Of a stretch of 64,000 nt of DNA, positions 49,564 to 61,500 are shown one piece after another. The notes beneath the pieces were generated by a model. It worked only from the letters and a program-made list of their open reading frames with translations. It made no database searches and was not told the DNA's origin. The stretch spans positions 434,001 through 498,000 of the forward strand of contig NW_026782015.1 in NCBI RefSeq assembly GCF_031769215.1, in the 5' to 3' direction. The translations under genes were made by a program, and so were the position numbers. The stretch comes from Ylistrum balloti. Lineage: Eukaryota. The first letter of the stretch is position 1. Each line of letters begins with the position of its first letter.

Positions 49564-52500
49564 ATGTCGATATTCCGAAAGTTGCTTGGAAACAATCAAG
49601 ATGGTGGCAACCAGCAAAATGCAGGTGCGAAGAATGCTCTTTCATCTGGTCCACAGCCAATGGCAGCTCAGCTTCAGAGAAAATTTGCCAAAGGGGTCCA
49701 GTATAACAGTAAGTTATATCTTAACACTTTTTACTCTGATTACATTTCCACACCCAAGTTTTAGTTTAACAGTGTTTAAACTGTATGAAATACATATCCA
49801 TACATCAAGAGTACTTATGCTATATATCCTCAACACCTACATTTAATATACCTATCCCCCACACCTACATATTATATACATATTTCCCACATCTATATAC
49901 AATATACATAACCCCACACCAACATATCATAGAGTCTAGAATATCATGCCAATTAAATCAAATGGATTATGCCATGTCAAAATTAAAATTTCTCATTTCA
50001 GTGAAAATAGTCATTCGTGGGGACAGAAATGTTGGAAAGACTTGTCTGTTTCATCGCCTTCAAGGTCAAAAGTACAAAGAGGAATACATACCAACAGAAG
50101 AAATACAGGTGAATATCATGCATTTATGGCCCTGATTGTTGTGAATTAAAAAGAACAGGACTTACTCTCACCTTGGAGGCACTATCCAGGAAAATACAAC
50201 TTTTCACTTTCCTGGTGGAAAATAAGATTTTATTTTTTATGCTAAGAGCATTTTCAATGCTCTTCAGCATGTTGCTATCGCCCCTGAGGCTGAGTATCAA
50301 GTACTTCGTTTTCATTGGTTCATAAATCGAAAGTTTACTCCTACTCCATCTGCCGGACATTACCGTAATCATTGGATTATCGCCCCTACAAGTTGCTGAT
50401 GCTAGTCATTAAATGAAACAACCTTATCGACATTTTCTTCATTACCTGTACATCAAGAAAATGTTTTGTGTTGTGTATTAATGATAATCAGACATCAAAA
50501 TTTGTAAATACAATGACAAAGACTCACGTTTATGGTGGTAAATTTTGCGAGGCGATGCCAATATGGCGGCTTAACTTTCTTTTCCGCGCGATGCATTGTG
50601 GGAGTCATATACATTTGTATATCTTTCTATTTTTCTTTTTTCGAAAATTTACTTCCCGTTTAATACTGTTGATAACTATTAAAAATACTTATATATGTAG
50701 TTGAAAATAAAAATGAAACTAAAATAAGAATGATTTAGAGTAGCATAAAATTTTGACGGAAACAGCCGGGGTGCTCTGTGCTGCTGGACCCTGAAAGAAG
50801 ACGGCGGCTGAAAGAAGATGGCGGGTAATTCATGTAGGTAAGTATCACTATATATATATATGTTAGCTGAATTTGAAGTCAATACTTATACTGAACTATC
50901 AATTGCATTTTTTGCAACAATTCATTTGGAATGAGCCTTCGCGTCTAGTGAATTTAGGCTGCACTTTTTTTTCAAAATATTTTCAAGACTTTTCCCTTGA
51001 AGCAGTATGCATTTGAAAAATGTGATGTAAGCATCTAGCACATTTTTGTTGCTTCCGTAAAGTATTTCAGTATTTTGGAATGGATTTATTTTGGAATGAT
51101 CGTTTCATAATGGTCTCATCGCAGTCACTTCTGTCAGTAGCCCAACAGATCGGAAATTAACCAGAAAAAAAAACTTATCCGTAATATTGTACTGTACTAC
51201 TTACGCTACCGTGAATAGATCTAGGAATCTGTCTGGGTAATATATCGATTTTACTTTAAAATATCTGTCACTGTCCGCGCTATTGTAGGTCTAGCTCTTT
51301 CAAATTTCTGATCGGAGATAATTTATAAGTACCCCAACGGCCCAAGGCCAGAGTATGAAATCGTACGGGAACTCTACAGCTATGCTAATTTTAAGGTTTA
51401 CATGTGAAGTTAATATATATAGTTTTAGCTTAATTTTAGTTTTTGTCTTTCTGACATGATGTCTCGTTGATTCTGTTGAAGAGTGATGCATGTGAACGAT
51501 TACAATATGAAGATTAGGAATAATGAAGATGTCAATTAACATCTGATTCCCGGAAAGTATTTTAATAAAGATTAGGATAAACCTAGCAAAGTGTTAGGTC
51601 CCAGTGTGAATGTGTAAAGTTCCAGTGTGAATGTGTAAAGTCCCAGTGTGAATGTGTAAAGTATTATTGGTACAATTGAACTTTTTGATATATGTACTGT
51701 ATTTGTTCATCTCAGAAATTTCAGTATTATGTCAACTGCGTCCACTTTCAGTTCAACACTTTTGATTCATCAATTTTACCCAGCCCTAGGCTCAATATTT
51801 GTCATTAATTGTCGACTGTTTTTTAGAGTTTTGTTTTCATGGTGAATGGAATGAAATGAGATAAATAGTCTAACCAATACCCCTCGAGAGCTAATTAAGA
51901 CATTGCAGTATTATCATTTTGGGCCTTATTAAAAGTCAAATTGCAACTTTTAAGAAACTCAAGTGACTGTAAGTACAACAATAAGATGTCAATAATCAAT
52001 GAAATTGATTAATTGAGAAGACATTTTCTTAGTACAGTTAACCAGGCTTTGTAGTGGTTTGTTCAGAACTGTAGTTCTGGTTAAGTAACCATTAATTGTG
52101 TCCTTTCAGTTACAATGACATACATTTTTGAAATACCTCTACTGTAGCTAAATATGGCATTTGTAATAGACAGCCAACATTAATTTTGTGATAGACATAG
52201 CCAAATTTAATTTTAGGATCAGTTAGGACAGCTACTGTTTGTAACAGGCATGGGTTCAATTACATGATGACGTAATTAATGAAATTACAATTACATTATG
52301 AAAATGGCATTGCCATTGCATGACGGTCCAATGTAATTAATTAAATTACACATTACCTTTCAAGTCATAATGATTTTTGAAATACAAACGTCAAAATAAA
52401 TTATCATACTGCACAGATTTATCTCATGAATTTAACTTTATGATTCAATCTCTGTATGACCATGGTCAAGATATTCTTATTTTCTAGCTGTCCATCACTT

Positions 52501-55500
52501 CATAATTTGACAGTCCTGAATGTCAAAATAATTAATTATATTTAATATAGACTCCTATTGGGAAGTTCAAGACTATAAGCTTATACAGAAGTGTATATTT
52601 CTTGCACATAATCATAGCAATAAAGAAATATAGTTATTTATTTCCCTTACTCTCTTTCAGCAGGTGGATGTCCCTGAAGAAATGAAATCTGGAATGGTAG
52701 AAGGTATCTCTTGATTCTTCTAACTTGGAATTGGCCATTGTGACCAACAATGGATTTGAGGACCTTATGGTGGAGAAAAACGTCCTTCTTTCCGACCTCC
52801 AATTAGATGTTGAAGATGGTTAATCACTTGAGGATATGCTAACAACCATGTTGCCTTTTAAGGTCACAGTACTCTCTAAAGGCGGCAATATATTTACCAT
52901 CACAAAAGAAGAATCAACAAATGGCAGAAACTAAACAAATGTGGAAAAGATCATTGTATGCTGCATTTGTAGTAAATTTCTTTACAATCTTCAATTTACT
53001 TAAGTAGAAAGATTCACTAGTTATACCAAGTTTATGTAGAAAGGCTCACTGTATACTGAGTTTGTAGTGTACATAGAAAGGTTTACTTATTTTTTTTTTC
53101 TGAGTTATGTATATACAATATATATAAAAACTTTTTGTAGAAAAGATCACCGCATACTGAGTTTGTTGTTTACAAATGTGTAGAAAAGATCGCTGTATAC
53201 CGAGTTTATAGTTTACAATTGTCTAGAAAAATCACTGTATACTGAACATAATACGACTTCTGTTTAAAACCTTCATTTAAACTTAGACATGTATTTTTTT
53301 TTATTTATCTTAAAAGTCTACCTACAACAATTTTGTGTATGCAATCTTGTACTAGGATATTTACATGACAAGATTACATTGCTGATCAAAGCATGGAAAG
53401 AATACTGAATAAAGAAAACAAGATATAAGCATCTTTATCATGTTTTTATTTTTATTATTATCATTATTATTTTTCCATGATGTCTGTCCACATGGAATTT
53501 GTAAGCACTCTTGTGCATTCTTATACCACCAAAAGGGTGGGTAAATCGAATCAAGTTGTCTATCTGTCCATCCATCTGTTTGTCTGTCTGTAGACACATC
53601 TTGTCTAGACAACTCCAATGAAACTACAGTAATATTCGGGACAATGTGTAGATGTGCATGCACCATTTTCCCCTGGAAATATTGATTGCCATGGCATCTG
53701 GTCAATATAGACAGGTTTTGCATGTCGGTCAACTTCTAAACCTGTGGACCAATTTCAACAAAACTTCGCAGGAATATTAGGGAACATGTGCACATGCCGC
53801 TGTGTTTCAGAGGATGTTTTTTTGCAAAAGGTCACCATGGGGAGATAACTAAGGCTGTGGGTGATGGGGGTATTAGCTATTTGGATTACAGTTTCAGTTA
53901 TCCCTGGGCAATGTGGAGAGGATATAGTAATGATTTTGAGGATTGAATGTAGAGGTCACAGTACTTGCATAAGTACTATATGATTACCTTGTAAACGCAT
54001 TGAGACCAAGACAGTTAGTATACCTTAATCAAATTTGGAACATGTATCCCTTGTGAGGAGAAGTCGGTTTCTTTAGAAATTCAGGGTCAGATATCAAAGA
54101 TCAAGGTCACAGTCAAAAAACGGATAGTTGCATGGGGGTGTTTTTCCATTGTATTACCCTCGTTTTTCTATCAAATTTCACAACCTAAAAGATATTCACA
54201 TCTTGTAAATTTCAAGGTTCAAGGTCACTGTAAGGATGTTAAAAAAAATGATAATACAAGAGGAATAAAATATCTTGTGACAAGTTTTAGAGAACAAAGA
54301 ATATATAAACATGAAAAATTGGAACAAAGTCAATATCTACTTGAAGATTCCCAGAAAAAGTACAAGGAGAATAAGACCAGGTTTTCTGGAAGAATAGGCA
54401 TCTTCTATTTTAAGTTATGGTGACAAGTCATGTTTGTTTTAGAAAATTGGCACTCTTATGCAGTCTTTTACAAACAATCTGGAAAATGAAGCTGTCCAAT
54501 ATTTGTATGTAGCATGTTATTTGCATGATGGTCTAACTAATGGTCTTAAACCAATAGGATACACAGTCTTTAAAGTGATAATATGGTGTCCATGATCAAC
54601 ATTCCCTACAATGTATCCAAAGAAATGGACAACTTCCCTATCATTGCATCTTGGAGCCTACTTGGGACATGTATTACATAAGTAATACTACTATGCTTGT
54701 TATTTCTGATATCTGCTGGTCATTTTTTATGGGCTGCAATGATTTATTGATTGCATATAGTTGGTTTCAGTATATAGCAAGCTAATAACAAAGAATTTAT
54801 TTTTTAATGGTCTTAGCATACCAGTACTTTCAGTACTTTGATTGTGTCATATGATGCTTTTCAACCAATTGGTGACACTATTACAAAGATAAGGTAGATC
54901 TGTAATATGGCACAGCTAACTATCAAAGCAGCAAACATGTATTGATAAAAATCACAGAATCAGAAAAACAAGTGTTGCAGAAACCAGGTAAATTGAGGTA
55001 AATAATTTACCTTAAATTTGCAGGTATGCAGTATCCAGTGGAACTACAAAGCTACAGATGATGTGGTGAAGGTGGAAGTGTGGGATGTTGTCGATAAAGG
55101 TCGCAAAAAGAAGAAAATGGAGGGTCTAAAGATGGACCAAGAGGAGGTTCAAGAGGTAACTTGACAAAACAATAGAAAGTTATATAAGTTATAAAACCCT
55201 TTTTAGTTAGGATGGAAACCATGTGTTATTATAAAAAACTTGTTGATCTCTTTAGTTAGTTAATGCAGAGAATGTTTGATCTCTGTAGTTAGGGTAGGTA
55301 TTTTACCTCTGTAGTTAATGTAGAAAATATTTGACCTCTTTAATTGTGGTAGAAGGTGATGGATCTCTGTAGTTAAGGAGGAAAATGTATGACCTCTGTA
55401 ACTAGGTTAGAAAGTATTGTAGTGAAGTTAGAAGGTGTTTAACCTCTGTAGTATTTGTAGAAAGTGTTTGTCCTCTGTAGTGAAGTTAGAAGGTGTTTAA

Positions 55501-58500
55501 CCGCTGTAGTATTTGTAGAAAGTGTTTGTCCTCTGTAGTGAAGTTAGAAGGTGTTTAACCGCTGTAGTATTTGTAGAAAGTGTTTGTCCTCTGTAGTGAA
55601 GTTAGAAAGTGTTTAACCTCTGTAGTATTTGTAGAAAGTGTTTGTCCTCTGTAGTGAAGTTAGAAGGTGTTTAACCGCTGTAGTATTTGTAGAAAGTGTT
55701 TGTCCTCTGTAGTGAAGTTAGAAGGTGTTTAACCTCTGTAGTATTTGTAGAAAGTGTTTGTCCTCTGTAGTGAAGTTAGAAGGTGTTTAACCGCTGTAGT
55801 ATTTGTAGAAAGTGTTTGTCCTCTGTAGTGAAGTTAGAAGGTGTTTAACCGCTGTAGTATTTGTAGAAAGTGTTTGTCCTCTGTAGTGAAGTTAGAAAGT
55901 GTTTAACCTCTGTAGTATTTGTAGAAAGTGTTTGTGTAGTGAAGTTAGTGTATTTAACCGCTGTAGTATTTGTAGAAAGTGTTTGTCCTCTGTAGTGAAG
56001 TTAGAAGGTGTTTAACCGCTGTAGTATTTGTAGAAAGTGTTTGTCCTCTGTAGTGAAGTTAGAAGGTGTTTAACCGCTGTAGTATTTGTAGAAAGTGTTT
56101 GTCCTCTGTAGTGAAGTTAGAAGGTGTTTAACCGCTGTAGTATTTGTAGAAAGTGTTTGTCCTCTGTAGTGAAGTTAGAAGGTGTTTAACCTCTGTAGTA
56201 TTTGTAGAAAGTGTTTGTCCTCTGTAGTGAAGTTAGAAGGTGTTTAACCGCTGTAGTATTTGTAGAAAGTGTTTGTCCTCTGTAGTGAAGTTAGAAGGTG
56301 TTTAACCTCTGTAGTCAGGGTAAAAGGTGTTTTAACTCTGTAGGTAATGTAGAAAAAGTTTGACTACTGTAGTATTTGTAGAAAGTGTTTGTAGGTGCTT
56401 GACCTTGCTACAGATATAATATCTATTGTTAGAATTATCATGAACTGCAAATTGCAATCATTATTATGTACTTTTTACTCAGATGGAGGAACCATGTTTG
56501 GATGCCGAGTTTATTGATGTGTATAAGGGGTCACATGGGGTCATCATGGTGTATGACATCACCAAGCAGTGGTATGTATTCTCATTACTTTTGTTTTTTA
56601 TTTGTGTTTTGATAAAGTTACAGATATCTAAGTTCCCCGTCTTGTTACCGTGTACCTGGAACATGACTGTGTGAATGAAATGTTGTTTTCCAAAAACAAG
56701 TTTTTTATTAACATAAATTTATTTGGTAAAAGGAAATGAATTTTTTTTTTGGTGAATTAAATGAAATGGTAGACCGAAAAAGGAGTAGTATACAAACAAC
56801 ATATTAGGTGAGAGAGTTTATCTTTTTGAGCACGATCCTGTAGAAGCTTTGCAATACTTTTACAGATGTTAAAAAAACCCATCAGAGACACCAAAATGGT
56901 GACCAAGGAAAACAAGTGACATATGCTCAAATTGGACATTAATAATGTATACGTCAGCGAGTGAACTTTGTACAATGTCCCCGTGTGGACAGATCATAGA
57001 ATTTAGTCACGATGTATTCAGATCAGGTATTGTTGAGCAGCTAGGCATTAATATAAAAATTAGCTTTACTATAGAAATACTGATTTAATAACAAACTAAC
57101 TGTTAATAAGTATTTGCATATTAATGTATATGAAATGCAGATGTGTCTAAGAAATGATGCTTTTTTTAAAGTATCTTAATACTGGCCAAGGGGTTGGGTA
57201 ACAGATGATACAGTTGTGACAAAAAATGTTCTGGGAAACTTATATTTTGTAAATGATTTGGTATTAACCAGTTTTATAAAAATAAGGAAATGATAAATAA
57301 ATCAAAATGATAAAAAATTCAATAAGAAGAGTCCCAGCTGAGCAATGAACCTCCAGCCATATAATGTGTTCCTTGTTTAAAACTATATAGCTATTGTGTC
57401 ATTAAATTATTGACTGCTTCATAGTACATAGGCAGCTAGCCTACTAATGATATGGTAGGAGCTTGCTTCTGTAGGAAATTGTAGCTGACAAATTGCTGGA
57501 GTAATTTCTGTGTCATTTAGAAGCTTAGCAATCCTGATTCTTTACACGCTCATATAATTTAGTGCATGATGGAGCATTTTGAACAAAATGGCAACCTTGA
57601 CTAACAGAGGACAGTGGAATTTAATAGCAAATATTTTGTCAAGTAAAACTCCTAAAGATGTTCCCGTGTGGTCAGATGATTCATTTAGTCAATATGTACT
57701 CAGATTAATTGTTGTATACCTAGTTATTATGGTCATCAAAATAAAAATTAGTATTCTAGAAAAGCAAAGGTCTGATTCAAGCAAAACTTAAGTGGAGTTA
57801 TGCTTTCGGCTATTCTTTTTTTTTATCAGACTTTGCATATGGTGGCCAGAGCATTTGATTGATTGAAATATAACAAGCTGTAACTCAGCAACCTTGAAGT
57901 AAAACTTGATTTTAATATTGATAACCATGTCAAAATTTGTTTGAGACATTTTTTTTTTTCCAAAATCCATATGGCTGCCACAGGAAGTGATATTTAACTG
58001 ACTAAATTTCGATGAAAATTGATATATATGTGTGGTCAAGTATAAGGAACACAGCAGTGCAATCAGTTTTTTTATCAAAACAAACATGACTGTCATAAGT
58101 GTTTAAACTTTGAAATATTGATATTGTTAATGGTGTATGTCAAGGCTGTTCTAAACCTTCCTATGTTTCTGCTACAGTCTGCTGACTGGCCACTGGTTTA
58201 CCCGAGTCATACATGACTGCCTCTCTGGTCTAGTCATACATGACTGCCTCTCTGGACTACTCATACATGACTGCCTCTCTGGTCTAGTCATACATGACTG
58301 CCTCTCTGGACTACTCATACATGACTGCCTCTCTGGTCTAGTCATACATGACTGCCTCTCTGGACTAGTCATACATGACTTCCTCTCTGGTCTAGTCATA
58401 CATGACTGCCTCTCTGGTCTAGATTATGTGCACCAGAGGTCAAGAATCTTGCCTTCGTGTAGATAGTGTTAGCCGTTGAGTAGAATTGTTTCCTACTTTG

Positions 58501-61500
58501 ATTAACATTAATTTGCAGGGGTAGTTAGAAGGACCTATGTTATGACCTCTGTTATAATTACATGTTTACATTAGGATACCTATCTTACACAAGGTTTTGT
58601 AATATTTTATTTTAGGACATTTTCATACATTGAGCGAGAGATTGAGAGCATCCCGTCCCATATCCCAGTGTTAGTACTGGGTAACCATAGAGACATGGGC
58701 CACCATCGAACAGTTATAGAGGACAAGGCCCGCTACTTTTGTCTCCATCTCCAACGGTAAAACTTGGTTTAAAACATTCTTTTAATGATTCAGAAATTCA
58801 TGATTTTAGCAAAAGTTTGAGTGCAGCAAAAAGTCAAAACCAAATTTAACAACTTTAATTGATGCTGATCAGCTCAGTGATATAGAGACAGGAGCAGGAT
58901 GATTTTAGTATTCAAATGAAATTACTTAGGATGTTTCCTCTATTAAAGGCCGGGCGAGGCAGCCACTGTTAGATATGCTGAATCTTCTATGAGGAATGGA
59001 TTTGGACTGAAATATCTCCACAAATTCTTCAACCTACCTTTTTTACAACTCCAGGTTTGTATTGATAAAATGCATATTTTTGATACCTTTTACCTAACTT
59101 GTGGGTTTTATAGAAAAATTACTTAGTTAATTACCGATAAAAATTGTTGTTACTAAAGCACTTTTCAGATCAGTGATGTATGAACACACATTCAGGAAGA
59201 CCTTGATGATAGGGTCCTGCTATATTGTATATATCTTGCAAAAACATTTTATTTTCTTCGTCAGAGAGAGACACTGCTGAAACAGCTGGAAGTCAACAAA
59301 GAGGACATGCTTTCTACAATTGATGAACTAGATATACATGAAGAAAGTGAAGAACAAAACTATGACGTGTATGTAAAACATTTCTGTATGGTACTGGTCA
59401 CAAGGGTGGACGAAGCAGTTTAATGTTTAAATATTTTGATGTCCTATTGAGAAGGAATGAAAAAAACTCTCACTATGCAGCTTAACTTAAGTCAAGCTTT
59501 GGGATACTATACTCTCTGCTTGACCTTCTGGCGGGGAATTGGGGATCATGAGTGACAAAGAAAACATACTTTGATATTTGTTTTACAGATTCATTGACAG
59601 TCTATGCAGCAAACGACGTCAACAGCAGGACAAGTTGTCAGAGAAAGTATTAGCTGATTCTAAACTCAAACAGGAAGTAGAAGGATCAGGGGAGGCAACT
59701 AAACCTGGCAGTCTTCCAGGTAATGAAGGATTAGTTTATCAATTCGAAGGTCTCTGAGTGTCCATCCAGCATGAACTTTTTTCCTTTAAAAATTTCTTTC
59801 TAAATGACCAAGAGGTCTAGAGTCCTGATATTTAGCCAGTAACATAGTGAATGAAGGACTATCAAATTTGTTCACATAAATGACATTGATCCACTTTGAA
59901 GGTCACAAGGGTCAAATGTTTTGGATTTTTAAAACACTCTTTCCAAAACCCAAGAGGCCAAGGCTATTAAGCCAATAACATGCTAGGAAAAAGTACTATC
60001 ATAACTGTTCAAATAAAAGACCTTGACCAAGGTCACAGAGTCAAAATGTGTTCAAAATTTTCACAATACAGCTGTACTTCTCAACAAACAGAAGGCCCAG
60101 GGGCCTGATACTGTGTCAGTAGCATATTTGGATGGAAGGTTATCAAGCATGTTCACATGAATGACTTTGAACCACTTTAAAGATCACAGTAATGTTAAAA
60201 TTTTTCAACAACTTTTTCACAATAACCAAAAGGCTCAGGCTTCAGACATTGAGCAAGTAGCATATTTGTCTGAAGGGCTTTGAAGTTTGTGTGTCAAGTG
60301 TGTTAAGTCCTTCTTTACAATAAGTAATAAGCTCTGGGTCATGGAAATGGTGAAGCGGCATGCTTTGAAAGTTGACTTTGAAGTTTTAAGAAATTGACTT
60401 AACTGACAAAGTCAGCACCACAGTTGAGTGATTAAGGCCAATTTTTTTGTATCAAACCTGTGAGTTTTACAGTTGAGGAACTGTTTTGATCATATGCAGG
60501 TTATTATTCAAGCCATCAATCCATTTCACAAATAAGGTAATCGATGAAAATCATTTCATAAGTAAACTTAAATCACCAATCAAACACCTGTTGAAAGTTT
60601 TAATCCAATTTTCCTGTTAAAATCACCTTTAAGAATTTCAATCCAAATCTAACAGTTATCAGATCAGTATTATGGGTAAGAATATACCAATTTCAGGATG
60701 AGAACTTACTAATAAATGAACAATTGCTATTTATTTCAGTTCCAAAATCGGTTTCCATGCCAACCTTACAGAAAACCACTATAATGGAGAGAGAAGCACA
60801 CTCTGTGGGAACAACCCCAGTACAGGAAAGATTACCATCAGATCATGCCCCATCTCTTGAGCCCCCTACTCCCACACAGGATCAGCAGCAGAAGTCTGGC
60901 TTCTTTTCCAGGTTATTCAAGAGTAAAGACAAGAATTTACCAAAAAAAGATTCAATAGATGGTAAGTAAGTCCAATATCTTCTTCACAGTCTGTCTAACT
61001 CTGACCTCAACAGTCTGTCTAACTCTGACCTCAACAGTCTGTCTACTCTGACATCAACAGTCTGTCTAACTCTGACCTCAACAGTCTAACTCTGACCTCA
61101 ACAGTCTGTCTAACTCTGACCTCAACATTCTGTGTAACTCTGACCTCAACAGTCTGTCTAACTCTGACCTCAACAGTCTGTCTACTCTGACATCAACAGT
61201 CTGTCTAACTCTGACCTCAACAGTCTAACTCTGACGTCAACAGTATAACTCTGACCTCAACAGTCTGTCTAACTCTGACCTCAACATTCTGTCTAACTCT
61301 GACCTCAACAGTCTGTCTACTCTGACATCAACAGTCTGTCTAACTCTGACCTCAACATTCTGTCTAACTCTGACCTGTCTAACTCTGACTGACTCAACAG
61401 TCTGTCTAACTCTGACCTCAACAGTCTAACTCTGACGTCAACAGTATAACTCTGACCTCAACATTCTGTCTAACTCTGACATCAACAGTCTGACTAACTC

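Noticed and set aside
55245-56395. 58-bp array as junction-derived
   Set aside because: Only a vague GAAGTTAGAAGGT versus GAGGTTCAAGAGGT resemblance, which is insufficient.
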